A stretch of 32,000 nt of DNA, taken from the NCBI RefSeq assembly GCF_900116635.1, contig NZ_FPBJ01000002.1, positions 1 through 32,000 of the forward strand. The letters run 5' to 3'. This stretch comes from Xenorhabdus koppenhoeferi. GTDB lineage: Bacteria > Pseudomonadota > Gammaproteobacteria > Enterobacterales > Enterobacteriaceae. Positions 1-11,892 of this stretch are shown here, one piece after another. Each line of letters opens with the position of its first letter. Positions within the stretch are counted from its first letter, which is position 1. Under the pieces are notes generated by a model, which ran no database searches, was not told the origin of the DNA, and saw nothing but the letters and a program-made list of their open reading frames with translations. The translations under genes and the position numbers were made by a program.

Positions 1-100
1 CGCAGCATCGGCTGCAGTAAGGCCGGATATAGAGCTGCAACCTACCGTCAATGTCTGAACAACGAAAGCCTTGCAAACGGGATGCGTTCATATAGGTTAT

Positions 101-280
101 ATGGATCACCGTTTACTCGAAATCATCGCTTGTCCTGTATGTCATGGTAAGCTTAGTTACGATAAAGAAAACCTTGAACTGATTTGTAAACTTGACCGTC
201 TCGCTTTTCCTGTCCGCGATGGTATTCCTGTACTGCTGGAAAATGAAGCACGTACTTTGCCTACAGAGGAAAACCAATAA
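101..280 (+). CDS. ycaR: YcaR / Trm112-family small zinc-ribbon protein
   Basis: The internal ATG at 101 of track ORF 71..280 gives [18 protein letters not shown]... with a CPVC motif. This closely matches E. coli YcaR as I recall it, and the gene lies directly 5' of kdsB as in E. coli. Confidence 0.85.
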   Translation: MDHRLLEIIACPVCHGKLSYDKENLELICKLDRLAFPVRDGIPVLLENEARTLPTEENQ

Positions 281-283
281 TCC

Positions 284-1033
284 ATGTTTACCGTTATCAT
301 TCCAGCACGTTTTGCTTCAACACGTCTGCCAGGGAAACCATTGGCTGATATTCACGGCAAGCCTATGATTGTACGTGTAATGGAACGGGCTACTCGCTCC
401 GGTGCTGAACGAGTGATTGTGGCGACAGATAACCAAGATGTTTTTGATGCGGTGATTGCCGCAGGCGGCGAAGCTTGCATGACAAACGAAAATCACCATT
501 CAGGTACAGAACGTTTGGCCGAGGTTATTGATAAATACCAATTTGCTGATGATGAAATTATCGTAAATGTTCAGGGGGATGAGCCTCTTATTCCAGAACA
601 GATCATCAAACAGGTGGCTGATAATCTGGCTGGCTGTGATGCTGGAATGGCAACACTTGCCGTACAGATCGAAGATGTGAAAGAAGCGTTCAATCCTAAT
701 GCTGTTAAAGTTGTCATGGATGCGCAAGGTTATGCACTCTATTTTTCTCGCGCTACCATTCCATGGGAACGAGAGCGCTTTATGCAATCAAAAGAGTCGA
801 TTGGAAATGACTTCCTGCGTCATATTGGGATTTATGCGTATCGTGTCAGTTTTATCCGCCGTTATGTACAGTGGGCGCCAAGCCCATTGGAAAATATGGA
901 GATGCTTGAGCAATTACGTGTGCTTTGGTACGGTGAAAAAATTCATGTGGCAAAAGCATTGCAAGCACCTGGCGCAGGTGTTGATACACCGGAAGATCTG
1001 GATGCTGTAAGAAAAGTTTTTGCAGGGCTTTGA
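284..1033 (+). CDS. kdsB: 3-deoxy-manno-octulosonate cytidylyltransferase (CMP-KDO synthetase)
   Basis: 249 aa with [20 protein letters not shown] and VNVQGDEP motifs typical of KdsB. It starts 3 nt after the ycaR stop. Confidence 0.95.
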   Translation: MFTVIIPARFASTRLPGKPLADIHGKPMIVRVMERATRSGAERVIVATDNQDVFDAVIAAGGEACMTNENHHSGTERLAEVIDKYQFADDEIIVNVQGDEPLIPEQIIKQVADNLAGCDAGMATLAVQIEDVKEAFNPNAVKVVMDAQGYALYFSRATIPWERERFMQSKESIGNDFLRHIGIYAYRVSFIRRYVQWAPSPLENMEMLEQLRVLWYGEKIHVAKALQAPGAGVDTPEDLDAVRKVFAGL

Positions 1034-1073
1034 TCTCTCTATCAGAGAAAGTATCAATTAAATCTGAGCTAAA

Positions 1074-1106
1074 AGGGAATGCGTTATTACGACATTCTCT
1101 TTTTTT
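1074..1106 (+). terminator. intrinsic terminator after kdsB
   Basis: A hairpin pairs agggaatgcg with cgacattctct (one bulge, one G-U pair) and is followed by a run of 7 T. Confidence 0.7.
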
Positions 1107-1159
1107 CAACCGTGTTCTTTCTCAATGTTTTTTCTAATCTGATGATATTTTAACGGTTT

Positions 1160-1969
1160 TTACTGAGAATCTTCTGATTTTTCAGTATCAATATCAGCAC
1201 TTTTTGGTTTAATCGCTTGCCAGATCCGACCTAATGTTTCATACCAAGCACGTTCTGTATGTGAAAAATAATAGACTGAGGGGATATATTTCTCCCACGG
1301 ATATAAAGGTGTTGTTATAGCCAATTGATTAGCAGGGGCTGCGATTGGGTGTAAACCACGTTGCTCAAAAAAACGCAGTGATCTTTTCATGTGATTAGCC
1401 GACGTAACAAGAATAAAAGATTGTTGCCCAACCACTTTTTCAACCTCAGCTGCTTCTTCTTCGGTATCCAAAGGTTTTTTTAATGCTATCGTGTCCTCTA
1501 CAGGAATTCCTACAGATTGTGCTACCATAGCAGCAACTTCGGCACTGCTAATTGAATTAACGCCTTTACCGCCCGTGAAAATCATTTTAGCGCCAGGATT
1601 AAGATGATATAACCGAATGCCTTCAGTCACCCTAGGCAAGCTATTACTAATAAGGTTAGCACTAGGTGCCCAATGGGAATTATAAGTGAAGCCACCACCA
1701 AGAACTACAATATACTTTATAGGTGTGGCCTGTGGTATGTCGGGTTCATAGCGCTGAACGTATTTCCCTTCAATAGGCAGTAAGAGTTTGTCCGCAACAG
1801 GTTGTAAACTCAATAAAAGTAATGCGAGCCAGCTCAGTGATAAAATGGTTTTGCCTGTTTTTTGCCAACGGGTGAACCACAATAATATCAGGGCGGTGAA
1901 AGAGATAATAATAATCAACGGCAAAGGCATTAATAGCGAGCCGATATACTTTTTTAGCAAGAATAACAT
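1160..1969 (-). CDS. elyC: envelope biogenesis factor ElyC (YcbC, DUF218)
   Basis: 269 aa. MLFLLKKYIGSLLMPLPL...LSLQPVADKLL...VVLGGG...LVTSANHMKRS is collinear with E. coli ElyC as recalled, and the gene is divergent from cmoM as in E. coli. Confidence 0.85.
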   Translation of the reverse strand: MLFLLKKYIGSLLMPLPLIIIISFTALILLWFTRWQKTGKTILSLSWLALLLLSLQPVADKLLLPIEGKYVQRYEPDIPQATPIKYIVVLGGGFTYNSHWAPSANLISNSLPRVTEGIRLYHLNPGAKMIFTGGKGVNSISSAEVAAMVAQSVGIPVEDTIALKKPLDTEEEAAEVEKVVGQQSFILVTSANHMKRSLRFFEQRGLHPIAAPANQLAITTPLYPWEKYIPSVYYFSHTERAWYETLGRIWQAIKPKSADIDTEKSEDSQ

Positions 1970-2137
1970 TGACTGACCTTGTTATGGTTAAATTGTAGTC
2001 GCACAGGGTCGAATTTAAGGCTAAAAGTAGTTAATTAAATAATTACTGTGCCAAAATAACAGTAGCAAAAATAGCAGTAGATAGCATAACTACTCAATAG
2101 ATAAATTAACCTTAGCTTATAAGTGAGGCAGTTTTTC

Positions 2138-2923
2138 ATGCTGGATCGCAATTTCGATGATATTGCAGACAAATTTTCGCGTAATATTTACGGCACAACC
2201 AAAGGTAAAATCAGGCAAGCCGTTGTCTGGCAAGATATTAACGAATTGCTGAATCATTTTCCTCAAGGTCCGTTACGCATTTTGGATGCGGGGGGCGGTG
2301 AAGGAAATATGGCTTGCCAATTAGCCGAATTAGGCCATCAGGTAATACTTTGTGACCTGTCAGAAGAGATGGTTCAACGGGCGAAGCACAACGCAGAGGG
2401 GCGGGGTGTTTCCCATAAGATGCAATTTATTCAAAGTTCAGTACAAGAAATTCATCATCATATTGAGCAGCCTGTTGATCTGATCCTATTCCATGCCGTA
2501 TTGGAATGGATTACTGATCAAAAAGAGGCTATAGAAATATTGGGGAATATAATAACACCGGGTGGTGCACTCTCATTAATGTTTTATAATGCTAATGGGC
2601 TGGTTATGCGTAATGCCATCTTGGGTAATTTCCATCTGGCGACACCGAATATTCAGCGTCGCCGAAAACGTTCTCTATCACCACAGAACCCATTAGTACC
2701 GGAACAGGTATATCGATGGCTGACTGAACTAAATATGGAAATAACGGGAAAAACAGGAGTGAGAGTTTTTCACGACTACCTGCAAAGCCGCCAATTACAA
2801 AATGCAGATTTTCCGGCGTTGCTTGAACTTGAACAACGTTATTGTAGACAAGAACCCTATATCAGTCTGGGGCGCTACATTCATGTGATGGCACGCAAGC
2901 TTACCTTAAAGAGCAAATTATGA
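2138..2923 (+). CDS. cmoM: tRNA uridine 5-oxyacetic acid methyltransferase CmoM (SmtA)
   Basis: The ATG at 2138 gives [23 protein letters not shown], with the SAM motif ILDAGGGEG and a C-terminal [17 protein letters not shown]. The track start at 2123 is a GTG that lies within a GTGAGG Shine-Dalgarno. The stop overlaps the mukF ATG (ATGA). Confidence 0.9.
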   Translation: MLDRNFDDIADKFSRNIYGTTKGKIRQAVVWQDINELLNHFPQGPLRILDAGGGEGNMACQLAELGHQVILCDLSEEMVQRAKHNAEGRGVSHKMQFIQSSVQEIHHHIEQPVDLILFHAVLEWITDQKEAIEILGNIITPGGALSLMFYNANGLVMRNAILGNFHLATPNIQRRRKRSLSPQNPLVPEQVYRWLTELNMEITGKTGVRVFHDYLQSRQLQNADFPALLELEQRYCRQEPYISLGRYIHVMARKLTLKSKL

Positions 2924-4242
2924 GTGAATATTCCCAGACTGTTCCTGAACTTGTATTCTGGGCCAGAAAAAATGACTTTTCAATTTCGTTGCCACCAGAA
3001 CGGCTGGCGTTTTTGATGGTAATTGCCGTATTAAACAGTGAACGGTTTGACGGTGAAATGAGTGAAGGGGAGTTGGTGGATGCTTTCCGTGAAGTATGTA
3101 AAGGTTTTGAGCAGACTTCTGAAGCGGTATCCGTCAGGGCGAATAATGCCATCAATGATATGGTTCGCCAGAAGTTAATTAACCGTTTTACCAGTGAATT
3201 AGCAGATGGTAATGCTATTTACCGTCTGACTCCATTAGGAATGGGTATCAGTGATTATTACATTCGCCAGCGTGAATTCTCCACGTTGCGTCTTTCCATG
3301 CAGCTATCTATCGTTGCCAATGAATTGCACCGGGCGGCAGAAGCGGCTGAAGAAGGCGGGGATGAATTCCACTGGCATCGCAATGTCTTTGCTCCGCTGA
3401 AATATTCTGTGGCTGAAATTTTTGACAGTATAGATATGTCCCAACGCCTGCTGGATGAACAGCAAAACAGTGTAAAAACGGATATCGCCGCGCTGCTTAA
3501 TCAGGATTGGCAGGCTGCCATCGCTAACTGTGAACAGCTACTGTCTGAAACCTCGGGTACTCTGCGGGAACTTCAGGACACATTGGAAGCAGCGGGTGAC
3601 AAATTGCAGGCCAACCTATTGCGTATTCAGGATGCCAATATAAATGGCAGCGATTCTGAGCTGGTTGATAAGCTGGTCTTTGATCTGCAAGGCAAATTGG
3701 ATCGTATTATCAGCTGGGGACAGCAATCTATTGATTTATGGATAGGTTATGATCGTCATGTTCACAAATTTATCCGAACTGCCATTGATATGGATAAAAA
3801 CCGGATTTTTGCCCAGCGCCTTCGCCAATCCATTCAACACTATTTTGACAGCCCGTGGGTACTGACCGTCGCGAATGCCGAGCGCTTGCTGGATGTACGT
3901 GATGAAGAACTCACTTTGCGTAATGAAGAGGTAATGGGAGAATTACCGCCAGAAATGGAATACGAAGAGTTCAGTGAAATCAACGAACAACTGGCTGAAA
4001 TGGTGGAACAGGCACTGGCGATTTACCAGCAAGCAAAACGTCCTCTGGATTTGGGGGCTGTAATGCGTGCTTACCTTACTCAGTATCCACGTCAACGCCA
4101 TTTTGATGTGGCACGTATGTTAGTGGATCAAGCGGTAAGGTTGGGCGTTGCAGAAGCGGATTTCTCTGGGTTGCCAGCGGAATGGTTAGCGATTAATGAT
4201 TACGGAGCCAAGGTGCAGGCACATGTCATCGACACATATTGA
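2920..4242 (+). CDS. mukF: chromosome partition protein MukF (kleisin)
   Basis: 440 aa, starting [31 protein letters not shown]. It is the first gene of the mukFEB order. Confidence 0.97.
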   Translation: MSEYSQTVPELVFWARKNDFSISLPPERLAFLMVIAVLNSERFDGEMSEGELVDAFREVCKGFEQTSEAVSVRANNAINDMVRQKLINRFTSELADGNAIYRLTPLGMGISDYYIRQREFSTLRLSMQLSIVANELHRAAEAAEEGGDEFHWHRNVFAPLKYSVAEIFDSIDMSQRLLDEQQNSVKTDIAALLNQDWQAAIANCEQLLSETSGTLRELQDTLEAAGDKLQANLLRIQDANINGSDSELVDKLVFDLQGKLDRIISWGQQSIDLWIGYDRHVHKFIRTAIDMDKNRIFAQRLRQSIQHYFDSPWVLTVANAERLLDVRDEELTLRNEEVMGELPPEMEYEEFSEINEQLAEMVEQALAIYQQAKRPLDLGAVMRAYLTQYPRQRHFDVARMLVDQAVRLGVAEADFSGLPAEWLAINDYGAKVQAHVIDTY

Positions 4243-4945
4243 ACAAATTATGCCAGTAAAACTGGCTCAGGCATTATCCAATACACTTTTTCCTGAACTA
4301 GATAGTCATCTTCGCGCCGGGCGTCACATTAGTGTGGATGATCTTGATAATCATGCTTTTCTGATGGATTTTCAGGAAGAATTGGAAATGTTTTATGCGC
4401 GCTATAACGTCGAGTTAGTCCGTGCACCAGAAGGCTTTTTCTACCTGCGTCCCCGTTCTACGACATTGATCCCGCGATCTGTTCTCTCTGAACTGGACAT
4501 GATGGTAGGTAAGATCTTGTGTTACCTCTATCTCAGCCCAGAACGCTTGTCCAATCAGGGAATATTTACCTTTCAAGAATTATATGAAGAGCTGTTGTCG
4601 TTAGCTAACGAAAATAAGTTGATGAAAGTGGTGAATCAACGTTCGACCGGCACCGATCTGGACAAACAGAAATTACAGGAAAAAGCACGATCTTCTCTAA
4701 ACCGCTTGCGTCGTTTGGGAATGGTTTATTTCCTGCAAAACGACAGCAATAAATTTATGATCACTGAAGCGGTATTCCGCTTCGGTGCAGATGTGCGCAG
4801 TGGTGATAATCCACGTGAAGCACAATTACGGATGATCCGTGATGGGGAAGCTATGCCAGTGGTAGGGGATGTATCGCAAAAAGAGAATGAGCATGAGGAA
4901 CTATCAGAACATTCAGCAGAAAGCACGGAGGATGAGCAGTCATGA
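4223..4945 (+). CDS. mukE: chromosome partition protein MukE
   Basis: The ATG at 4223 gives [18 protein letters not shown]..., matching the E. coli MukE N-terminus. It overlaps the mukF 3' end by 20 nt, and its stop overlaps the mukB ATG (ATGA). Confidence 0.95.
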   Translation: MSSTHIEQIMPVKLAQALSNTLFPELDSHLRAGRHISVDDLDNHAFLMDFQEELEMFYARYNVELVRAPEGFFYLRPRSTTLIPRSVLSELDMMVGKILCYLYLSPERLSNQGIFTFQELYEELLSLANENKLMKVVNQRSTGTDLDKQKLQEKARSSLNRLRRLGMVYFLQNDSNKFMITEAVFRFGADVRSGDNPREAQLRMIRDGEAMPVVGDVSQKENEHEELSEHSAESTEDEQS

Positions 4946-7900
4946 TTGAACGCGGTAAATTTCGCTCACTGACATTGGTTAACTGGAACGGTTTTTTTGC
5001 CAGAACGTTTGATCTTGACGAACTTGTGACGACCTTATCTGGTGGTAATGGAGCGGGTAAATCTACTACGATGGCAGCATTTGTGACCTCGTTGATCCCT
5101 GATTTAACATTGCTCCACTTCCGCAATACCACAGAAGCAGGGGCAACCAGTGGCTCCCGTGATAAAGGCTTACACGGTAAATTACGTGCCGGAGTCTGTT
5201 ATTCCACATTGGATGTCGTGAATTCCCGCCACCAGAGAATTATTGCAGGGGTACGTTTACAACAAGTTGCTGGACGTGATCGCAAGGTTGATATCAAGCC
5301 GTTTATGATTCAGGGAATTCCTGCATCTATTCAGCCAACACAGTTATTAACTGAAAATATCGGCGAACGTCAGGCACGCGTTCTGCCCTTGAATGAACTG
5401 AAAGAACGCCTTGATGGAATGGAAGGTGCCCAGTTCAAACAATTTAACTCTATTACAGATTATCATGCTCTGATGTTTGATTTGGGGGTGATACCAAAAC
5501 GTTTGCGTTCAGCAAGTGATCGCAGCAAGTTTTATCGCCTGATAGAAGCATCGCTATATGGTGGTATTTCCAGCGCCATTACCCGCTCACTGCGTGATTA
5601 TCTATTGCCAGAAAACAGTGGGGTCAGAAAAGCGTTTCAGGATATGGAAGCCGCATTGCGTGAAAACCGCATTACACTGGAAGCTATCCGTGTTACGCAA
5701 TCCGATCGTGATCTTTTCAAGCATCTCATCACAGAATCTACGGCCTATGTTTCTGCCGACTATATGCGTCATGCCAACGAACGGCGTGTTCATTTGGATG
5801 AATCATTGGCTTTGCGTAGTGAATTGTTTGGTAGCCGCCGTCAATTGGTAGCTGAGCAGTATCGTCATGTTGAAATGGCGAGAGAGCTGGCGGAACAAAG
5901 TGGGGTATCTTCTGATTTAGAAATGGATTATCAGGCGGCCAGCGATCATTTGAATCTGGTTCAGACAGCGATGCGTCAGAAGGAAAAAATTGAACGTTAT
6001 CAATCAGATGTTGAGGAGCTGACTTATCGGTTGGAAGAACAGGTCGAAGTCGTTGAAGAAGCAAAAGAACTTCAGGCGGAATATGAAACCTCATCTGAGG
6101 CAGCAGAACAGGAAGTTGATGAATTGAAAAGCCAGCTTGCTGATTATCAGCAAGCTCTGGATGTTCAGCAAACTCGCGCAATTCAATATCAGCAGGCATT
6201 GCAAGCACTAAAACGAGCACGTGAGCTTTGTCAACTTCCAGAACTGGCGACTGAAAATGCCGATGAGTGGCAAGAAACTTACCAAGCCAAGGCACAGCAG
6301 GCGACTGAAACTTTGCTGGCATTAGAACAGAAGTTAAGTGTTGCTGACGCGGCTCACAGTCAGTTTGAGCAGGCTTATGAGCTGGTTAAAAATATTGTTG
6401 GTGAAGTGAGCCGCAGCGAAGCCTGGCAGGCAGCCCGTGAAGTATTGCGGGAATGGTCATCTCAACGCCATTTGTCTGATAGGGTTCAACCGTTGCGTAT
6501 CCAATTGTCTGAATTGGAACAACGACTGAACAGTCAGCAAAATGCTGAGCGTTTACTGCAAGAATTCTGTAAGCGCCATAACCAGCAATATCAGGCGGAA
6601 GATTTAGAGACGCTACAGAGTGAATTAGAAGCCCAGTTGGAAGAATTAAGCCTGAGTGCCAACGAAAGTGGTGAACGCCGCATTCAGATGCGTCAGGAGT
6701 TTGAACAGCTGAAACAGAAGATTCAGGGATTGACAGCGCGTGCGCCAGTATGGTTAGCAGCACAGGAAGCCCTGAATCAGCTTTGTGAACAGAGTAATAC
6801 ATCGCTTGAAAGTGGTCACGATGTCACTGAATACATGCAGCAATTGCTGGAGCAAGAACGAGAAATCACTGTTGAACGTGATGACGTAGCGGCTCAGAAA
6901 CGTGAACTGGAAAAACAAATTGATCGCCTGAGCCAACCAAGTGGAGCAGAAGACGGTCGATTACTCGCATTAGCTGAACGTTTCGGTGGTGTTTTACTGT
7001 CAGAAATTTATGACGACATTACCCTTGATGATGCGCCTTATTTCTCTGCGCTGTATGGTCCTGCTCGTCATGCGATTGTTGTGCCTGATCTTTCATTGGT
7101 TCGCCCACTTTTGGAATCATTGGAAGATTGCCCGGAAGATCTCTATTTGATTGAGGGTGATCCGCAATCTTTCGATGACAGTGTATTCCACTTCGAAGAG
7201 CAGAACAGTGCAGTTCTGGTGAAATCATCTGATCGCCAGTGGCGTTATTCCCGCTATCCTGAAGTTCCCCTGTTTGGTCGGGCGGCAAGAGAAAATCGTC
7301 AGGAAGCACTCAGTCTTGAGCGTGATACTCTGGCTGAACGTTATGCAACGCTCTCATTTGATGTTCAAAAAACCCAGCGGACACATCAGGCTTTCAGCCG
7401 TTTTGTGGGTAAGCATCTGTCTGTTGCGTTTGATGATGATCCAGAGGCAGAAATTCGCAGCCTGAATCAACGCCGAACCGAGCTGGAGCGGGAATTATCT
7501 CAATTTGAGACCAAAACCCAGCAGCACCAACAAAAACTTGTTCAGGTTAAAGAAAGTCTGTCAGCGCTGAATCGCTTGATCCCACAAATGACAATCCTGT
7601 TGGATGAAACGCTGATTGATCGTGTGGACACTGTCCGTGAAGAAATGAATGAAGCGCAGGATGCAGCTCAATTTCTGCAACAGCATGGCAATACATTGAC
7701 CAAGCTCGAACCGTTGGTTTCTGTTTTGCAAAGCGATCCACAGCAACATAAACAGTTGCAGAAAGATTATGAGGCCGCGCAACATAGCCAGAATAGAACT
7801 AAACAACAAGCTTTTGCTTTGACGGAAGTTGTACAGCGCCGTGCGCATTTCAGCTATAGCGATTCCGCAGGAATGCTCAGTGAAAACTCTGATCTAAACG

Positions 7901-9411
7901 ACAAACTGCGTCAACGCCTTGAACACGCAGAATCGGATCGTAGTCGCGCACGTGAACAATTGCGCCAGCAGCAGGCACAATATGCTCAGTTCAGCCAAGT
8001 CTTGGCATCACTGAAAAGCTCTTATGACACTAAGCAGGATATGTTGAAAGAGCTTGAACAGGAGATGAAAGATATTGGTGTTCAGGCGGATGCTAATGCA
8101 GAAATTCGTGCACGTGAACGTCGTGATCAGCTTCATGCTGCTGTAAATACTAACCGTTCCCGTATTAACCAGCTTGAGAAACAGATCGCATTCTGTGAAG
8201 CTGAAATGGCAAACCTCCAGAAGAAATTACGTAAATCTGAGCGTGATTACTATCAAAAGCGTGACCAAGTTGTTTCTTCAAAAGCGGGCTGGTGTGCTGT
8301 CATGCGCATGGTGAAAGACAACGGCGTTGAACGTCGCTTACATCGCCGCGAGCTGGCCTATATGGAGGGTGATGATTTGCGTTCAATGTCGGATAAGGCA
8401 TTGGGTGCATTGCGTCTGGCAGTAGCTGATAATGAACACCTGCGTGATGTGTTGCGCTTGTCTGAAGATCCGAAACGCCCTGAGCGAAAAATTCAATTCT
8501 TCGTTGCCGTTTACCAACATTTACGCGAACGTATTCGTCAGGATATCATCCGCACGGATGATCCAGTTGATGCTATCGAACAAATGGAAATTGAACTGGC
8601 GCGTTTGACTGAAGAATTAACAGCACGTGAGCAGAAATTAGCGATCAGTTCCAAGAGCGTAGCTAATATCATTCGCAAAACCATCCAACGTGAACAGAAC
8701 CGCATTCGTATGTTAAATCAGGGATTGCAGGCGGTTTCCTTCGGACAGGTTGGCGGTGTGCGCCTGAATGTGAACGTGCGTGAAAGCCACTCTGTTTTGC
8801 TGGATGTGTTGTCCGAACAGCAGGAACAGCATCAGGATCTGTTCAACAGCCAGCGTTTGACCTTCTCAGAAGCGATGGCAAAACTGTATCAGCGCTTGAA
8901 TCCACAAATGGATATGGGGCAACGTTTGCCACAGACTATTGGTGAAGAGTTGCTGGATTACCGTAACTATCTTGAATTAGACGTTGAAGTAAACCGTGGT
9001 TCGGATGGTTGGCTGAAAGCGGAAAGTGGGGCATTATCTACCGGTGAGGCTATTGGTACGGGGATGTCTATTCTGGTCATGGTGGTACAGAGCTGGGAAG
9101 AGGAATCACGTCGTCTGCGTGGTAAAGATATTTCACCATGCCGACTGTTGTTCCTTGATGAAGCTGCACGTTTGGATGCTAAATCCATCGCAACGTTGTT
9201 TGAGTTGTGTGAACGTTTACAAATGCAATTAATTATCGCTGCACCAGAGAATATCAGTCCGGAAAAAGGCACAACTTATAAATTGGTTCGCAAAATTTTC
9301 AATAATCAGGAACATGTACATGTTGTTGGATTACGTGGTTTCGGACAGGATACCCCTATGACAGAACAAACGCATCCTCAAATGCAGTCACAACCGATAT
9401 TGGAAGAGTAA
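4942..9411 (+). CDS. mukB: chromosome partition protein MukB (SMC-like ATPase)
   Basis: 1489 aa with a Walker A motif (GGNGAGKST), long coiled-coil Q/E/L-rich arms and a C-terminal [10 protein letters not shown] Walker B region. The reading frame is uninterrupted over 4.5 kb. Confidence 0.98.
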   Translation: MIERGKFRSLTLVNWNGFFARTFDLDELVTTLSGGNGAGKSTTMAAFVTSLIPDLTLLHFRNTTEAGATSGSRDKGLHGKLRAGVCYSTLDVVNSRHQRIIAGVRLQQVAGRDRKVDIKPFMIQGIPASIQPTQLLTENIGERQARVLPLNELKERLDGMEGAQFKQFNSITDYHALMFDLGVIPKRLRSASDRSKFYRLIEASLYGGISSAITRSLRDYLLPENSGVRKAFQDMEAALRENRITLEAIRVTQSDRDLFKHLITESTAYVSADYMRHANERRVHLDESLALRSELFGSRRQLVAEQYRHVEMARELAEQSGVSSDLEMDYQAASDHLNLVQTAMRQKEKIERYQSDVEELTYRLEEQVEVVEEAKELQAEYETSSEAAEQEVDELKSQLADYQQALDVQQTRAIQYQQALQALKRARELCQLPELATENADEWQETYQAKAQQATETLLALEQKLSVADAAHSQFEQAYELVKNIVGEVSRSEAWQAAREVLREWSSQRHLSDRVQPLRIQLSELEQRLNSQQNAERLLQEFCKRHNQQYQAEDLETLQSELEAQLEELSLSANESGERRIQMRQEFEQLKQKIQGLTARAPVWLAAQEALNQLCEQSNTSLESGHDVTEYMQQLLEQEREITVERDDVAAQKRELEKQIDRLSQPSGAEDGRLLALAERFGGVLLSEIYDDITLDDAPYFSALYGPARHAIVVPDLSLVRPLLESLEDCPEDLYLIEGDPQSFDDSVFHFEEQNSAVLVKSSDRQWRYSRYPEVPLFGRAARENRQEALSLERDTLAERYATLSFDVQKTQRTHQAFSRFVGKHLSVAFDDDPEAEIRSLNQRRTELERELSQFETKTQQHQQKLVQVKESLSALNRLIPQMTILLDETLIDRVDTVREEMNEAQDAAQFLQQHGNTLTKLEPLVSVLQSDPQQHKQLQKDYEAAQHSQNRTKQQAFALTEVVQRRAHFSYSDSAGMLSENSDLNDKLRQRLEHAESDRSRAREQLRQQQAQYAQFSQVLASLKSSYDTKQDMLKELEQEMKDIGVQADANAEIRARERRDQLHAAVNTNRSRINQLEKQIAFCEAEMANLQKKLRKSERDYYQKRDQVVSSKAGWCAVMRMVKDNGVERRLHRRELAYMEGDDLRSMSDKALGALRLAVADNEHLRDVLRLSEDPKRPERKIQFFVAVYQHLRERIRQDIIRTDDPVDAIEQMEIELARLTEELTAREQKLAISSKSVANIIRKTIQREQNRIRMLNQGLQAVSFGQVGGVRLNVNVRESHSVLLDVLSEQQEQHQDLFNSQRLTFSEAMAKLYQRLNPQMDMGQRLPQTIGEELLDYRNYLELDVEVNRGSDGWLKAESGALSTGEAIGTGMSILVMVVQSWEEESRRLRGKDISPCRLLFLDEAARLDAKSIATLFELCERLQMQLIIAAPENISPEKGTTYKLVRKIFNNQEHVHVVGLRGFGQDTPMTEQTHPQMQSQPILEE

Positions 9412-9440
9412 TTTCATTATTAAGAGATACTGTTATTAAG

Positions 9441-9466
9441 AGGGGTTATAATGAAACCCCTTTTAT
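9441..9466 (+). terminator. intrinsic terminator after mukB
   Basis: aggggtt / aacccct forms a 7-bp stem with a 7-nt loop, followed by tttt. It begins 30 nt after the mukB stop. Confidence 0.7.
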
Positions 9467-9545
9467 ATTATCTGAAAATGATGGGTCGATATTTAGTTAT
9501 AGTAGTCGTTAAATCTGAAATATCAATAGAATATACTTTGATTAA

Positions 9546-9573
9546 AGGCACCAGAGGTGCTTTTTTCTTTTTT
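9546..9573 (+). terminator. second putative intrinsic terminator
   Basis: A gcacc-aga-ggtgc stem, extendable by flanking A/T pairs, is followed by ttttttcttttttt. Confidence 0.45.
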
Positions 9574-9766
9574 AAGGTCAGTATGCTCTAATTTATTATA
9601 GTGAATGTTTTATTTTGTTGAGTGTCAATGCGTATGATTGGTTCTCTATCTTAAGAAGTAATTATGTATATAATTACTGCTATTCTTTTCTGATAAGATA
9701 GGGCGACTGAGAATTAGAATAAGTCATTGGACAGCTGCATAACATAATAAGGTGAGGTGAACTCTT

Positions 9767-11485
9767 ATGGCGAAGAACACGGTCAGGTTTCTGAAAGTTT
9801 CTTTTATCTGTAGCGCATTAGCGGTATCAGAGGGAACCTTTGCAAATCAACAAAATGGATTGATAGCAAGCAATGTGCAAGAATTATCAGAGGAACAAAA
9901 AAAGGAAAATTTGACTGATTCAGTTGATAAGACTATTCCTATATCTTCGGGAACTTCTATTGATGAAAATCGAAAAAAATTACAAAATTGGTTACCACAA
10001 CAAATAAAACCGATATTCTTTGAACGGTTGGCAACATTATATATTGCTAATAATATGAAACCTCTATGGCAGGATAAAAAAACAATTCAACAGCTTGAAA
10101 ATCAATTGATTGAATTGTCATTAGCTGGTTTTCAGCCTCAATTTGAAAAATGGTTAATACAACTTCATTCACCTGAATTAAATGATATGGGACGAGATAT
10201 TCTTTTGTCTGATGCTATGTTAGGTTATCTTCATTTTGTCAATGATGTTAAGAAAAAGGGAAATTCATGGTTATATAGAAAAACTCCTTATAAGATTAAT
10301 TTACCACCCTCTCAATCAATTGATAAATGGCAACAATATATCAATAATAACAACACTCTCTCTTATATTACGACCTTGTTACCTAATCATCCTATGTATG
10401 AAAATATGCGTAAGGAGATGTTAGGACAATTATCTGATAGGCAACCGTGGACAGAGTTCTCCTCCAAAAAAACGTTAAGGTCAGGGCAAAGTAGTGAGAG
10501 TATGGTTGCATTGAGAAAGATATTAGTTCGTTCCGGTGTGCTGGAATCATCTTCAGTCAAATCTGATAATAAAGTTTATGGCAAAGAACTTGTTGCTGCT
10601 GTAAAACGATTTCAAGCCCTGCATGGATTATCTGCGGATGGTGTGATCGGTCAATCCACGAAAATATGGTTAAATACAACACCACAAACTCGTGCCCGTA
10701 TAATGGCATTAAATATACAGAGATTACGAATTATTCCGGCAGATATGCCTACAGGTATTTTTGTCAATATTCCAAATTACTCACTTTTTTATTATTTGGA
10801 TGGCAAGGAAGTATTAAGCTCTAAAGTTGTGGTTGGTCGCCCCAGCCGCAAAACACCGATTATGAGCAGTCAATTGAATAATGTGGTGATTAATCCGCCG
10901 TGGAACGTACCTACCAGTATGACCCGAAAAGATATCGCGCCAAGGGCAATGCGGGATTCGAGTTATTTTCGTACTCGGGGTTATACAGTTTTTTCCAGTT
11001 GGGGTAATGATGCCAAGGTTATTGAACCTTCATCAATTGATTGGGGAACAGTAACACCAAGTAATTTTCCTTACCGAATACGGCAGGCTCCTGGCCCAAC
11101 TAATTCATTAGGGCGTTTCAAATTTAATATGCCAAATTCAGAAGCGATTTATTTGCACGATACGCCAAATCAGGCTTCTTTTGATCGGGAAATGAGGGCA
11201 GTCAGTTCAGGCTGTGTGCGTGTAAATAAAGCGCCTGAACTGGCTGACATGTTATTGGGGGATGCGGGTTGGAATAAAAATAAAGTTAATAATTCATTGA
11301 AAACATGGACAACAAAATATGTAAATATACCCAAAAAAATTCCTGTTTTCCTCTATTATCAAACAGCCTGGGTTGATGAAGGAGGGGTGCCACAATATCG
11401 GGCTGATATCTATGACTATGATATAAGTGCAAGACAACAATCAGAGGCATTTAATGAGATTCTGGCTACCAGAAATGATTTATAA
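9767..11485 (+). CDS. ldtD: L,D-transpeptidase LdtD (YcbB)
   Basis: 572 aa with a signal-like N-terminus, a peptidoglycan-binding-like segment (AVKRFQALHGLSADGVIG) and a YkuD catalytic region (IYLHDTP...SSGCVRV). It lies downstream of mukB as in E. coli. Confidence 0.9.
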   Translation: MAKNTVRFLKVSFICSALAVSEGTFANQQNGLIASNVQELSEEQKKENLTDSVDKTIPISSGTSIDENRKKLQNWLPQQIKPIFFERLATLYIANNMKPLWQDKKTIQQLENQLIELSLAGFQPQFEKWLIQLHSPELNDMGRDILLSDAMLGYLHFVNDVKKKGNSWLYRKTPYKINLPPSQSIDKWQQYINNNNTLSYITTLLPNHPMYENMRKEMLGQLSDRQPWTEFSSKKTLRSGQSSESMVALRKILVRSGVLESSSVKSDNKVYGKELVAAVKRFQALHGLSADGVIGQSTKIWLNTTPQTRARIMALNIQRLRIIPADMPTGIFVNIPNYSLFYYLDGKEVLSSKVVVGRPSRKTPIMSSQLNNVVINPPWNVPTSMTRKDIAPRAMRDSSYFRTRGYTVFSSWGNDAKVIEPSSIDWGTVTPSNFPYRIRQAPGPTNSLGRFKFNMPNSEAIYLHDTPNQASFDREMRAVSSGCVRVNKAPELADMLLGDAGWNKNKVNNSLKTWTTKYVNIPKKIPVFLYYQTAWVDEGGVPQYRADIYDYDISARQQSEAFNEILATRNDL

Positions 11486-11539
11486 TTTTTGTGGTTCCTC
11501 ATCATTTATGAGGGAATGAATTTGATGTTAATGTTATGA

Positions 11540-11578
11540 ACGGTGAAAGAAATAACACTTCTTTCACCGTTATTTTTT
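11540..11578 (+). terminator. intrinsic terminator after ldtD
   Basis: A perfect 12-bp stem (acggtgaaagaa / ttctttcaccgt) is followed by a T-rich run. Confidence 0.85.
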
Positions 11579-11892
11579 ATTGCTAATTATTTTTCCAATG
11601 ATTTTATTCCTGTTATATAATCTTAGCCGGATTTTTCTTTCTGATTGAAGAAATATTTATATTCCATATAGAGATATCTCCCATTAACTTATCGTCATAA
11701 ATATTTACTTTCGTTTAATATGTTTTGAATTTTGTTAAGCAGATCACAATTATTGGTTGATTAATTTACACTAATATACAAAAAAATTGAAACAAAGTTT
11801 TATTTGTTGGTGTCTTATTAGTCGATTAAACTCAATAAGTAATGAAGTTTAGAAAATATTAATAAATCATAGAATAGCAGGGCATATTATCC

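Noticed and set aside
1-58. An open frame runs in from the left edge (..AASAAVRPDIELQPTVNV*, stop at 56-58). By synteny it could be the 3' end of lpxK or ycaQ.
   Set aside because: Only 19 codons are visible and I cannot recognise the sequence, so there is not enough evidence to call a gene.
5738-6322. A 194-aa ORF antisense to mukB, along with several other 60-140 aa ORFs (antisense or off-frame) within mukB at 5558-9272.
   Set aside because: These are shadow frames inside a confidently identified, uninterrupted 1489-aa gene. They have low-complexity, unrecognisable sequence and no RBS context.
9451-9588. A 45-codon ORF (MKPLLYYLKMMGRYLVIVVV...) between the two post-mukB hairpins, considered as a possible small hydrophobic toxin.
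   Set aside because: Its start codon sits in the loop of the mukB terminator, it has no RBS, and it reads through the second terminator T-run. It is more likely non-coding.
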